39,276 nt of DNA from Armatimonadota bacterium (lineage in GTDB: Bacteria > Armatimonadota > UBA10988): contig JACRKZ010000016.1 in NCBI GenBank assembly GCA_016235455.1, forward strand, positions 1-39,276. Reading direction: 5' to 3'. The position numbers and the translations under genes are program-made. Shown piece after piece: positions 1 through 10,227 of this stretch. The notes beneath the pieces are model-generated. The model ran no database searches. It saw only the letters and a list, made by a program, of their open reading frames with translations, and was not told the DNA's origin. Each line of letters opens with the position of its first letter. Within the stretch, counting starts at the first letter, position 1.

Positions 1-3000
1 ATCACCGTACGGGACGCGCAGGGCCGCGCCATGGCCGGCATCGCCGCGGCACAGGTCGTCGTGGCCGGCTCGCCGACCGCCGGCCTGACGCTGACCCAGC
101 CGACGACCGCTACCAACGCCTCCGGCCAGACGACGGCCACGGCCACCTGCACCAAGGCCGGTCTGGTCTCCTTTTCGGCCACCGTGGCTGGCGTGGCGTT
201 CGCGGAAGGCGCTGACGTTACGTTCCAGGCCGGGCCGCTGAGCGCGGCTCAGTCGACGCTGTCGGTCGACCGCGCCAGCTTGACCGCGGACGGCACCGAC
301 ACGGCCACGGTCACCGTCACCGCGCGCGATGCTCAGGGCAACGCCATCACCGGCGTCGCGCCGGCCAACGTGGTGCTGGCGGCCGCGCCGAGCACCGGGG
401 TGACATTGACCCAGCCGACGACAGCCACCAACGCCTCTGGGCAGACGACGGGCACGCTCGTCGGCACGACGGTGGGCACGGTGACCGTCAGCGCCACGGT
501 CAACGGCACCGCCGTGATCCAGACCGTGCAAGTTGGTCTGGTGACCGCGGGCATCGACGCCGCCGGGTCCGGCGTGGCAGCCAGCGCCACCGACGTGCCG
601 GCCGACGGCCAGACGCCAGTGACGTTGACCATCACGCTGCTCGCCAGCGGCGGTGGTCCGCTAGCCGGCATCGCCGCGAGCCGGCTGCGCATCGTGGCCA
701 ACCCCAGCACCGGCGTGACCATCACGCAACCGTCCGCGGCGACGGATGCCCAGGGCCGCACCACGGCCACCGCGACGTCGTCCGCCGGCGGGGCCGTGCG
801 ATTCTCGGCGACCATCGACGGCGGCGCGCTTGGCCAGGTCGCCACCGTGAACTTCGTGGCAGCCGCGCCTGACGCCGCGCGCTGCACGCTGGTCGCGGAC
901 AAGACCAGTGCCACGGCCGACGGCGCCGACACGGTGACCTTCACGGCTACCGTGCGTGACGCCAACGGCAACGCGCTGGCCGGCATCGCTGCAAACCGGT
1001 TGAGCCTGGCGGTGGATATCGCCAGCGGCGTCACGCTGGGCGCCTTTGGCACCACCGACGCGAACGGCCGCGCCACGGCCACGGCGACCAGTACGCGCAG
1101 CGGGGCGCGGTCCTTCTCGTTGCGGGTCAGCGGCTCGCTGGCCGGTTCGCCGGTGGCGGTCAGCTTCACCGCGGGAGCGGTCGATGCGGCGCGCTCGACA
1201 CTCACCGCCGACCGCGCTGTCGCGGTGGCCAACGGGCAGGACAGCATCGTTCTGACGCTGGTGCTGCGCGACGCCCTAGGCAACGCCAAGCCCGGCGTGC
1301 CTGCGGCGGCCGTCACCTTCACCAGCACCGGTGGCACGGGCTCGGGCCTGACCTTGACCGGTCCAGCGGCGGCCAGTGATGCCTCGGGGCGCATGACCTT
1401 GAGCGCCAAGGCCACGGCCGTGCAGGACGTGACCTTGCGCGTGGCGGTGGGCGGTACGGCGTGGACCGTGGCCGCCAGCTTCCAGCCGCCGCAGCCATCG
1501 CCCAGCCGCTCGACCGTGACCCTGTCGCCCGCGCTCATCGCCGCCGACGGCGCGCAGCAGGCCACGGTGAGCGTGCGCCTGCAGGACGCCACCGGTCAGC
1601 CCGTGATCGGCTCCCCGGCCAGCGCGCGGTCGGTGAGCAGTAGTCTGGTGGCGGTCACCGTGGCCGATGCCGGCGCGGTATCGGATGCCAACGGTGCGTT
1701 CGAAATGCGCCTGACCGCGCGGCAGGCGGGCACCACGCAGGTCACGGTCATCGTGGGCGGGGTGCGCCTGGCGCCGGTGACGCTGACCGTGGCCGGCTAT
1801 GCCGACCTGCATCTGGTCGCCGGTCTGCAGTTCGTCGGGCTGCCGGTGACGCCACTGGCGGACTCTCTGGCAGCGCTGCTGGCGCAACCCGGCGTGTCGG
1901 CCCGTGCCTTCGACCCGGCGCTGCAAACGTACATCCCGGTCGGCACCACCTACACCGCGGGCCATGGCCTGTGGGTGCAGAGCGCCGCGGCGCTGACCCA
2001 GCGCCTGCTGGGTCAGGCCACGCCCGACACGGCGCAGCGACTGCCGTTGGTGCGCGGCTGGAACGCGCTCGCCAACCCGTTCGGCCAGGCCGTGACCTGG
2101 GACCTGAGCGCTATCACCGTCGAGCTCAATGGCGTGTCGCTGGGCAGCCTGGTGGATCCGGCGTTGTGGACCGGCCGCGTGGCGCCCTACGGTTGGCTGT
2201 ACTCGCCGGACAGTGGCTACCGCGTGCTGGGCGACACCTCGTTGCCCGAGTTCGCGGCGGCGCAAGGCAGCCTGCCGGCCTACAGCGGGTTCTGGCTGCG
2301 GGCCGAGACCGACGGTCTGGCGCTGGTGCTGCCGCCGCCGACGGCCGCTCGCTCGCGCCGCGCGCAGGCCGCGCCGACCCATTCCGACTGGGCGTTGTCG
2401 CTCCAGGCCGCACAGGACGATGCTGAGAATAGCCAGGTGATCGTCGGCGCGTCCGGCCGGCTGGCGCAGCCGCTGGCGCTGGCTCTGCCGCCCGCGGCGC
2501 GGGGACAGGTGCCATGCGGCCTGACGGTCGTGTCGGCCGGCGGTGACCGCTCGGCGGGCGAGGTGCGGCCCGCCGGGCCGACGCAGATCTGGGATCTGGA
2601 AGTGACCAGCGGCTCGACGGCGCCCGTGGTGCTGAGCTGGCCGGGCCTCGGGCGCGGCCTGTCTCGCGGCCTGGTGCTGGACCTGGCAGACGGCAACCGT
2701 ACGACGCTGCTCAATACGCGGGCCGCCTGGCGCTGGCAGCCCAGCCGCGTCGGCGAGGTCCGCCGGCTGCGTCTGACGGCTCGGTTGGGCCATGTGGCGC
2801 GCAGTGTGGTGACCAGTCTCAGCCTGGCCGCGGGTCGTGGCGGTGGCCAGAGCGTCGCGCTGACGCTCAGTGCGCCGGCCGAGGTGACGTTGACCGTGCG
2901 CGGCCTGGGCGGCCGAGTGGTGCGGCAACTGCATCAGAGTTGCGGCGCCGGCCAGACCCAGTTAGGCTGGGATGGCAGCGACAGCCAAGGCCGCGCGGTG

Positions 3001-3093
3001 CCGCCGGGCAGCTACCGGCTGGACGCTGAAGCTCTGGCCGCGGACGGTTCCGTGGACCGCGTGACGGTGACCGTGACGCTGACGGGCAGATAG
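1..3093 (+). CDS. Giant surface protein, 5'-truncated by the window: at least 6 Big_1 (invasin/intimin-like) Ig repeats plus conserved C-terminal module ending in FlgD-like Ig domain
   Basis: Frame 1 is open from base 1 (ITVRDAQGRAMAG...), so the ORF-track start at 31 is internal. ~105-aa Thr/Ala/Val-rich repeats with ADGxDT...VRDAxGN motifs; C-terminal 'WDGSDSQGRAVPPGSY' is the FlgD-Ig pattern. Confidence 0.85.
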   Translation: MTVRDAQGRAMAGIAAAQVVVAGSPTAGLTLTQPTTATNASGQTTATATCTKAGLVSFSATVAGVAFAEGADVTFQAGPLSAAQSTLSVDRASLTADGTDTATVTVTARDAQGNAITGVAPANVVLAAAPSTGVTLTQPTTATNASGQTTGTLVGTTVGTVTVSATVNGTAVIQTVQVGLVTAGIDAAGSGVAASATDVPADGQTPVTLTITLLASGGGPLAGIAASRLRIVANPSTGVTITQPSAATDAQGRTTATATSSAGGAVRFSATIDGGALGQVATVNFVAAAPDAARCTLVADKTSATADGADTVTFTATVRDANGNALAGIAANRLSLAVDIASGVTLGAFGTTDANGRATATATSTRSGARSFSLRVSGSLAGSPVAVSFTAGAVDAARSTLTADRAVAVANGQDSIVLTLVLRDALGNAKPGVPAAAVTFTSTGGTGSGLTLTGPAAASDASGRMTLSAKATAVQDVTLRVAVGGTAWTVAASFQPPQPSPSRSTVTLSPALIAADGAQQATVSVRLQDATGQPVIGSPASARSVSSSLVAVTVADAGAVSDANGAFEMRLTARQAGTTQVTVIVGGVRLAPVTLTVAGYADLHLVAGLQFVGLPVTPLADSLAALLAQPGVSARAFDPALQTYIPVGTTYTAGHGLWVQSAAALTQRLLGQATPDTAQRLPLVRGWNALANPFGQAVTWDLSAITVELNGVSLGSLVDPALWTGRVAPYGWLYSPDSGYRVLGDTSLPEFAAAQGSLPAYSGFWLRAETDGLALVLPPPTAARSRRAQAAPTHSDWALSLQAAQDDAENSQVIVGASGRLAQPLALALPPAARGQVPCGLTVVSAGGDRSAGEVRPAGPTQIWDLEVTSGSTAPVVLSWPGLGRGLSRGLVLDLADGNRTTLLNTRAAWRWQPSRVGEVRRLRLTARLGHVARSVVTSLSLAAGRGGGQSVALTLSAPAEVTLTVRGLGGRVVRQLHQSCGAGQTQLGWDGSDSQGRAVPPGSYRLDAEALAADGSVDRVTVTVTLTGR

Positions 3094-3181
3094 CAGATCG
3101 ACCCCGGCGGGCCCGGTCCGCCCAGGTGGACGTGCGGGAAGGCAGACGCCTACGGGCGTCGCCGGCAGAGGGAGGGCTCCC

Positions 3182-6100
3182 ATGGCCGATCGAAGGCTCA
3201 TGTCCGAACGGGCGAATAACGCGAGCGTCTGGCTGGTGGTGGCAGCGGCGCTGCTGGTCAGCACGCCTGTCTGGTCCGCCGGCGGGTCGGACACCTACTC
3301 GTTGGCCGTCACCGCTGATTCGCCGGCGTCCTACTGGCGCCTCAACGACTCCAGCGGCACCACGGCGGTCGACCAGCAGGGCGCGGCCAACGGCACGGCG
3401 ACCGTCACCTGGGGCGAGGGCGGCGCTTTGGCGAACAACATCGCTACTGCGGCTCTCTTCTCCCCGGCGTCGAACAGCACCGTCGATGTCAACCAGGTCC
3501 TCGGGCTCATCCCCGGTAGCGGTGCGTTGACCGTGGAGGCCTGGGCCAAGGTCAAGACGCCGCTGACGGCGATGGCTATTGTCAACTGGGACCCCTCAGG
3601 CTACTCGACCACGGTGAGCCAGGGTAGCTACCAGTTGAGGGTCAGTGCGGCCGGGAAGGCCGAGTTCGCTGTGAGCGACAGTGCCAGCACCGCGCTGACG
3701 GTGGCCGGGCCGAGCATCGACGACAACAAGTGGCACCACTTGGTGGGCGTGGTCGACCGGACCAATGCGCTGCTGCGTCTCTACGTCGACGGCGAACAGG
3801 CGGCCACGACGGCGGCCTCCACGTTGGTGGCGTTGCTCGACAGCTCGCCGACCTCGCAGCCGCTGTCCATCGGTAGCCGTTTCGTCACCCCGGGCCCGCC
3901 CAGCGTGTTCGACGGCTGGATCGACGAGGTCGCCGTCTACCTCGGCGCGCTCAGCGCGGACCGCGTGGCCGCGCACTATGCCATTGGCGCCAACGCCCTG
4001 GTGGTAAGCACTACCAACGACAATGGCGAGGGCTCGCTGCGCAAGGCGCTGCGCATCGCCAACACGCATGTGGGTCTGGACGTCATCACCTTCGGGCTGA
4101 CGGGCTCGTCGGCGTATGAGATCGTGCTGTCGACCGCCCTGCCCTCGATCACCGACAAGGTCACCATCGACGGCACCAGCCAGTCGGGCTACACGACCAA
4201 GCCCGTCGTGGGCATCATCGGGCCGCCGTCCACGGCACCGGGCCTGGTGTTTGACGGCGGCTCGGGTTCGACCGTCAAGGGCCTGGCCTTCGACGGCTTC
4301 ACGGCGCCCGCCATCCAGCTCAACAGCACGTCGGATACCACGACCATCCAGGCCTGCTGGATTGGCTTGCGCCCAGCCGGTACGCCCACGGGCATCACCG
4401 GTAGCGGCATCGTCATCGCCGGCTCCGACGACAACCTGATTGGCGGGGGCTCTCCGTCCACGGCCAACGTCATTGTCAACTGCTCGTCGGCGGGTGTGCA
4501 GTGCTCCGGCACGACGGCGTTGGGTAGCACCATCGGCGGCAACCTCATCGGCCTGGCGGCCGACGGCGTGACGGCCAAGCCGAACGGCACCGGCGTGCTG
4601 ATCTCCGGCGGCAACATCGTCGTGATGGACAACGTCATCTCCGGCAACTCCAGCACCGCCATCCATCTCACCGGCACGGGCGCCACGGGCAACATCGTCG
4701 AGGGCAACACGGTCGGCCTGAACCAGGCTGGGAGCGCGGCTGCAGCCAACGGCGGGCACGGCGTCTACCTCGACGCAGGCGCGACGAACAACACGATCGG
4801 CGGCACCACCACCGCCAAGCGCAATGTCATCTCGGGCAACAGCGGCGATGGTGTGCGCATCTGGGGCGGCTGCTCCGCCAACACCGTGGAGGGCAACTAC
4901 ATCGGCCTGGACGCCACGGGCGCGGCCGCGCTGGGCAACGACGACGGTGTGCAGATCGCCCAGGGCGCGCACGACAACCTGGTGGGCGGCACGACCACGA
5001 GCGCGCGCAACGTCATTGCCGGCAGCCGGCTCAACGGCGTGTCGCTCGCCGATACGGGCACACTCGGCAACAAGGTCATGGGCAATACCATCGGCCTGGA
5101 CGCCGCCGGCACAGGTGCCCTGGCCGTCACGGGCCACGGCGTGCTTATCCATGCCGGCGCGACCGACAACACGATCGGCGGCACGGCCGCGGGTGCCGGC
5201 AACATCATCGCCAACAGCTCGGGGTGTGGCGTGGCTGTGCTGGGCTCGACCAGCACCGGCAACGCCATCGAGGGCAACAGCATCCACGACAATGCCAGCC
5301 TGGGCATCGACCTGGTCAGCGACGGCGTGACCGCCAACGACGCGAGTGACCCCGATACGGGGCCAAATCAGCTGCAGAACACTCCCGTGCTGGACGGCGC
5401 GGTGACCAGTGGTGCCGGGTCATTGACTGTGGTCGGCAGCCTCGACAGCACCACAGCAGACAGTTCCTATCCGGTCCGCCTGGAGTTCTTCCGCACGGGC
5501 ACCGCCGACGGCAGCGGCCATGGCGAGGGGCTGGAGTATCTCGGCACCAAGAGTGTGGCCGCGCCTGGCGCGTTCAGCGCGAGCTTGGCGGTGACCGTCG
5601 CCGCGGGCACCACGTTGAGCGCCACGGCGACCGATGCCGGCGGCAACACCAGCGAGTTCGCCACCAACGTGACCTGCGCCGGTCCCGCCAGCCGCCTGGC
5701 GTTCGCTACGGACTTCAGCGACGCGGTGGCCGGCGTCGCCATCAACCCGCGGGTGGTGGTCGAGGTGCGCGACAGCGGCAACCGACGCGTCTACACGTCG
5801 ACCGCGACCGTGACCGTGGCGGTGTCAACGCCGCCCTCGGGCGCAACGCTGCTGGGCACGACCTCGGTGGCGGCGGTGCAGGGCCAGGCTGTCTTTGCCG
5901 ACATCAACATGACGCAACCCGGTAGCGGTTTGGTGGTCACCGCCGCGGCCAATGGGCTGGCCAGCGCGATCTCGGCGGCGTTTGCCATCACGCCCGCCAG
6001 CGTCGATGCCGCGCACACGCTGCTGGCGGTGGACAAGACCACCGCCACCGCCGACGGCACCGATACGGTGGCCCTGACCATCACCGCGCGGGATCAGTAC

Positions 6101-9100
6101 GACAACCTCGTGCCGGGTCTGGCGCCGTCGAACCTGGTGGTCAGCGGCACGCCAAACGCGGGCCTGACCATCGACCAGCCCACTGGGTCGACCGATGTTA
6201 ACGGCAGAACGACCGCCTCGGCCCGCTGCACCGCGCTCGCCGCGGTCACCTTCAGCGTGGCCGTCGGTGCGACAGCCAGCCCGAACACGACCCAGACAAT
6301 CTTCCAGGCCGGCCCGCCGGTGGCCGCCAACTGTGCCATCACCGCCAACCCGACGACGGCGGCAGCCGACGGCGCCGACACCGTCACACTGACCCTGACC
6401 GTGCACGACGCGAACGGCCATCCGGTCTCGGGTGTGGCGGCCAGCCGCCTGCGGATCGCGGCCAACCCGGCCGCAGGGGTCACCTTGACCCAGCCGGCGG
6501 CAGCCACCGACGCCGCTGGCCAGACCACCGCCAGCGCCACCAGCACGCGCGCTCGCACGGTCGCCTTCTCGGCCAAGTTGGACAACACGGCCTTTCCGGC
6601 CACGGCCGACGTGGCCTTCCAGCCTGGTCCCGTGGATGCGGCGACCTCAACGCTGGTCACCGACCGCTCCGCCATTCTGGCGGACGGCACGGATACGGCG
6701 ACGTTGACGGTCACGGCGCTGGACGCCCAGGGCAACCCGCTGGCCGGCGTCACCGCCGCCAACCTGGTGTTCTCGGTGTCGCCGAGCGCGGGCATGACAC
6801 TTACCCAGCCGACCGCTCCCACGGACAGCCTGGGACGTGCCAGCGCCACCTTGTTGGGTACCGTGGCAGGTATCGTGACGGTGTCGGTGCGGGTCAACGG
6901 CACACTTGTCACGGCCACCGCCGACGTGACCTTGAGCCAGCCTCCCGTCGACGCCGCGACCTCCACGCTAGCTGTCGACCGCACCGCGATCCGCGCCGAC
7001 GGCACGGACGTCGCTAACCTGACCGTCACGGCGCGCGACGCCCAAGGCCGCCCACTGGCGGGCATCGCCGCGGCCAACGTGGTGTTCTCGGTGTCGCCGA
7101 CGCCCGGCCTGACACTCACCCAGCCGACCACCGCCACCGACGGCCAGGGCCGCGCCACGGCGACCCTCGCCGGCACCTGGGTAGGCACCGCGACCGTGTC
7201 CGTCCGCGCCAACGGCACGCTGCTGACCGCGACCGTGCAGGTCGCCCTGACCGCGACCACCGTGGACGGCGCCAACTCAGGACTGAGCGCTAACGTGAGT
7301 GCCGTCACGGCCGACGGCACGGCACCGGTGACGCTGACGGTCGCGCTCCGCGACACCTCCGGCAACCCGATCACCGGCATCGCTGCCAGCCGCCTGACCG
7401 TGAGGGGCGCACCCACGACCGGCCTGGTGATCACCCAGCCGGCCACGGTGACCGATGCCGCCGGGCATACGACCGCGACGGCGGCCTGCACCAAGGCGGG
7501 CACGGTGACGTTCACAGCGCTGCTCGATGGCGGCCCGCTCGGCGTCACCGCGCAGGTGACGTTCACCCCCGGCCAGCCGCACGCGCCGTCGTGCACGCTG
7601 ACGGCGGACAAGACCAGCGCGACGGCGGACGGCGCCGACACGGTCAGCTTCACCATCACGCTGCGCGACGCCTCCGGCAATCCGGTGCCGGGAGTGGCGC
7701 CCAGCCTGCTGCGTGTGGGCCCGGCCGGCGCCACCGGACTGACCGTCGTGCAGCCGTCGGCACCGACCAACGCGCTGGGCCAGACCACAGCGTCGGCGAC
7801 CTGCACGTTGGCCCAAGGTGTCACCTTCGACCTGGCGGTCGCTACGGTGCCGACCGGATCGACGCAGCTCGTGAACTTTGTCGCCGGCGGGCCGGATCCG
7901 GCGCGGTGCACCTTGGTCGCCAACCGGGGCCAGGCCACGGCCGACGGCGCCGATTCGGTCGTGCTGACGGCAACGGTCAGCGATGCCCAGGGCAATCCGC
8001 TCATGGCGCTGGCCGGCACGCGGCTGGGCCTCCGCGTGACCGGTCTGGCCGTGTCCGGGGGCAGCTTTGGCATGACGAGCGCCAGCGGCCAAGCGGCCGC
8101 GGTCGTGACCAGCACGCGCGCCGGCACGGCGCAGTTCCAGCTCACCGTGGACGGCGCGGCTGCCGGCGTGCCGCAGCAGGTCGTCTTCGTGCCCGGACCG
8201 GCCGACCAGGCGCGCTCGAGCCTGGTGAGCGACAAGTCCTCGGCCCGCGCCGATGGTACCGACGCACTGACGCTGACGCTGACGCTGCGCGACGCTCATG
8301 ACAACCCGCTGCCGGGCGTGGCGGCCAGCAGCCTGTCGACCAGCGTGGCCGGTGCGCTGGCCAACTGGGTGGCCTTCGCGCCAGTCGGCCAAGCCACCGA
8401 CAGCGCGGGCCGCATGCTGCTCAGGGCCACGGCGACGCGGCCGCAGTCCGCCGCGCTGCACGTGGCGCTCGGTGCACTGGGATGGTCCCAGCCCGCGCTG
8501 TTCACGCCGCTTCGGGTCGATTCGGGCCGCTCGAACGTCAGTGTGGCGCCCGCGGTCATCGCCGCGGACGATGCCGAGCGCGCCACGGTGACCGTGCATC
8601 TGGCCGACGCACGCGGGGTGCCCGTCGAAGGTTCCGCGGTCGGCGCGCGGACCATCTCGCTCGACAATCAGGCCGCGACGGTCATCGACGGTGGCCAGAC
8701 GACCGCGCTGGACGGCGCGTTCTCGTTCGACGTGAAGTCGTCGGCGCCAGGGCGGGTGACCGTGTCCACGGTAGTGGATGGCGTCAGGCTGCCCGACGCC
8801 GTGATCACCGCGCGCGCCTTCGCCGACATCGACCTGCCGGCCGGGCTGAGCTTCATGGGCCTGCCGCTGACGCCTGACACGGACAGCCTGTCCAATTGGC
8901 TCGGTGTGGCGGGCCTGCATGTGGCGCGCTGGGATGTCGCCGCGCAGGCCTACGCCGCCCAGGGCAGCGCCTACCAGCCCGGCACCGGCTTGTGGGTCAG
9001 CACTGACGCCGCGCAGCGGCGTCGGCTGCTGGGCGTGCCCACGCCGCCGAGCGTGCAACGCATTCCGCTGACCCGGGGCTGGAACGCCTGCGCCAATCCG

Positions 9101-10111
9101 TTCGGCGCGCCGCTAAACTGGGACCTGGCCGCCATCGGTGTCGAGGTGAACGGCGCGCTGGTTGGACAACTGGGCGACCAGTCGCTGTGGACCAGCACAG
9201 TCTTGCCCTACGGCTGGGCCTATCGGGCTGGGCTCGGCTACCGATTGGTGTTCGACCCGACCCGGCTGGGCTTCGAGGCCGCGTTGGGCGTGTTGCCCTC
9301 GGGCGCTGGCGTGTGGGTGCAGGCGCTGCGCGACAACGTGGCGCTGGTCCTGCCGCCGACACCGCCCGGCACCGGCCGGGCGCGCCGTGCGGTGAGCGCG
9401 CGCGACTGGGCCTTGGCCCTGGCCGCGACACAAGGCGATGGCGTGCGGCAGAGCGCAGTGGTTGGTGTGTCCAGCGATCTGAGCCGACCGCTTGACCTGA
9501 GCCAGCCGCCCGCCGCCCGCGGGGAGGAGCCGGCTCTGCTGAGCGTGCTGTCGACCCAGGGCGGTCGGTTGGCCGGCGCGCTTGCGCTGCCGGCGGAGAC
9601 CCAGGTCTGGGAGCTTGAACTGCGCAGCGCCACGCGCGCGGCAGTGGTGCTGGACTGGCCAGCCCTGGGCCGCGCCTTGCCCCGCGGGCTCGTGCTGGAA
9701 CTGGTTGATCCGACGTCGGGCGGCACCACGCTGCTCAACACGCGGTCGGCCTGGCGCTGGCAGCCCACGCGCGCGGGCGAGACCCGGCGGCTGCGGCTGA
9801 CCGCGCGGCTCGGCCACGTGGCGCGCAGCGCCATCACCGGGCTGACCCTCGGCGGCAACCGCGGCGGCAGCCAGACCATCAGCTTGACGCTCAGCGCGCC
9901 GGCCGACGTGACGCTGACTGTGCGCGGCCTGGGCGGCCGCGTGGTCAAGTCGCTGCGCTGGACCTGCGCCGCGGGCACAACGGGCGTGGCCTGGGACGGC
10001 ACCGATGCCGACGGCCGACCTGTGCCGCGGGGCGTCTACCAACTCGAGGCCCAAGCCACCTCGCCCAACGGCGCTGTCGACAAGGCAACGCGCACCGTCA
10101 CGGTGCCGTAA
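3182..10111 (+). CDS. 2309-aa secreted/surface protein: signal peptide, LamG-like jelly-roll, parallel beta-helix repeats, 9 Big_1-like Ig repeats, shared C-terminal module with FlgD-like Ig domain
   Basis: RBS GGAGGG before ATG 3182 (alternative ATG 3200). Hydrophobic N-terminus; LamG motifs 'YWRLND', 'WHHLVGV', 'FDGWIDEVAVY'; repeated 'NTIGG...RNVISGN...GN(Y/T)IG' beta-helix turns; ADGxD repeats; 'WDGTDADGRPVPRGVY'. Confidence 0.9.
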   Translation: MADRRLMSERANNASVWLVVAAALLVSTPVWSAGGSDTYSLAVTADSPASYWRLNDSSGTTAVDQQGAANGTATVTWGEGGALANNIATAALFSPASNSTVDVNQVLGLIPGSGALTVEAWAKVKTPLTAMAIVNWDPSGYSTTVSQGSYQLRVSAAGKAEFAVSDSASTALTVAGPSIDDNKWHHLVGVVDRTNALLRLYVDGEQAATTAASTLVALLDSSPTSQPLSIGSRFVTPGPPSVFDGWIDEVAVYLGALSADRVAAHYAIGANALVVSTTNDNGEGSLRKALRIANTHVGLDVITFGLTGSSAYEIVLSTALPSITDKVTIDGTSQSGYTTKPVVGIIGPPSTAPGLVFDGGSGSTVKGLAFDGFTAPAIQLNSTSDTTTIQACWIGLRPAGTPTGITGSGIVIAGSDDNLIGGGSPSTANVIVNCSSAGVQCSGTTALGSTIGGNLIGLAADGVTAKPNGTGVLISGGNIVVMDNVISGNSSTAIHLTGTGATGNIVEGNTVGLNQAGSAAAANGGHGVYLDAGATNNTIGGTTTAKRNVISGNSGDGVRIWGGCSANTVEGNYIGLDATGAAALGNDDGVQIAQGAHDNLVGGTTTSARNVIAGSRLNGVSLADTGTLGNKVMGNTIGLDAAGTGALAVTGHGVLIHAGATDNTIGGTAAGAGNIIANSSGCGVAVLGSTSTGNAIEGNSIHDNASLGIDLVSDGVTANDASDPDTGPNQLQNTPVLDGAVTSGAGSLTVVGSLDSTTADSSYPVRLEFFRTGTADGSGHGEGLEYLGTKSVAAPGAFSASLAVTVAAGTTLSATATDAGGNTSEFATNVTCAGPASRLAFATDFSDAVAGVAINPRVVVEVRDSGNRRVYTSTATVTVAVSTPPSGATLLGTTSVAAVQGQAVFADINMTQPGSGLVVTAAANGLASAISAAFAITPASVDAAHTLLAVDKTTATADGTDTVALTITARDQYDNLVPGLAPSNLVVSGTPNAGLTIDQPTGSTDVNGRTTASARCTALAAVTFSVAVGATASPNTTQTIFQAGPPVAANCAITANPTTAAADGADTVTLTLTVHDANGHPVSGVAASRLRIAANPAAGVTLTQPAAATDAAGQTTASATSTRARTVAFSAKLDNTAFPATADVAFQPGPVDAATSTLVTDRSAILADGTDTATLTVTALDAQGNPLAGVTAANLVFSVSPSAGMTLTQPTAPTDSLGRASATLLGTVAGIVTVSVRVNGTLVTATADVTLSQPPVDAATSTLAVDRTAIRADGTDVANLTVTARDAQGRPLAGIAAANVVFSVSPTPGLTLTQPTTATDGQGRATATLAGTWVGTATVSVRANGTLLTATVQVALTATTVDGANSGLSANVSAVTADGTAPVTLTVALRDTSGNPITGIAASRLTVRGAPTTGLVITQPATVTDAAGHTTATAACTKAGTVTFTALLDGGPLGVTAQVTFTPGQPHAPSCTLTADKTSATADGADTVSFTITLRDASGNPVPGVAPSLLRVGPAGATGLTVVQPSAPTNALGQTTASATCTLAQGVTFDLAVATVPTGSTQLVNFVAGGPDPARCTLVANRGQATADGADSVVLTATVSDAQGNPLMALAGTRLGLRVTGLAVSGGSFGMTSASGQAAAVVTSTRAGTAQFQLTVDGAAAGVPQQVVFVPGPADQARSSLVSDKSSARADGTDALTLTLTLRDAHDNPLPGVAASSLSTSVAGALANWVAFAPVGQATDSAGRMLLRATATRPQSAALHVALGALGWSQPALFTPLRVDSGRSNVSVAPAVIAADDAERATVTVHLADARGVPVEGSAVGARTISLDNQAATVIDGGQTTALDGAFSFDVKSSAPGRVTVSTVVDGVRLPDAVITARAFADIDLPAGLSFMGLPLTPDTDSLSNWLGVAGLHVARWDVAAQAYAAQGSAYQPGTGLWVSTDAAQRRRLLGVPTPPSVQRIPLTRGWNACANPFGAPLNWDLAAIGVEVNGALVGQLGDQSLWTSTVLPYGWAYRAGLGYRLVFDPTRLGFEAALGVLPSGAGVWVQALRDNVALVLPPTPPGTGRARRAVSARDWALALAATQGDGVRQSAVVGVSSDLSRPLDLSQPPAARGEEPALLSVLSTQGGRLAGALALPAETQVWELELRSATRAAVVLDWPALGRALPRGLVLELVDPTSGGTTLLNTRSAWRWQPTRAGETRRLRLTARLGHVARSAITGLTLGGNRGGSQTISLTLSAPADVTLTVRGLGGRVVKSLRWTCAAGTTGVAWDGTDADGRPVPRGVYQLEAQATSPNGAVDKATRTVTVP
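5995..8815 (+). repeat. Intragenic tandem array of nine ~315-bp degenerate Big_1-like repeat units
   Basis: Units beginning at 6629 and 6944 (both PVDAATSTL...) are exactly 315 bp apart and strongly similar; other units are more diverged. Array boundaries are approximate. Confidence 0.8.
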
Positions 10112-10198
10112 CCGGTGCCCCGCCAGACCGACTCCCCACCCGCGTGCCGGTAGGCCCGGGTGGGGCGCCGCCTCGGACCACCCCAGCCAAGCCCAACG

Positions 10199-10227
10199 TT
10201 TGCTATTCACCCCCATTGGGGTAGAAT
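10199..10227 (+). promoter_or_regulatory. Putative sigma70-type promoter upstream of nagB-like gene
   Basis: TTGCTA (10200-10205) and TAGAAT (10222-10227), 16-bp spacer; a second extended -10 candidate TGcTATCCT at 10314-10322. Confidence 0.45.

Noticed and set aside
5995-8815. CRISPR array or diversity-generating repeats
   Set aside because: The repeats are degenerate, in-frame protein domains of about 315 bp; there are no identical short repeats with spacers, and no cas or reverse transcriptase gene.
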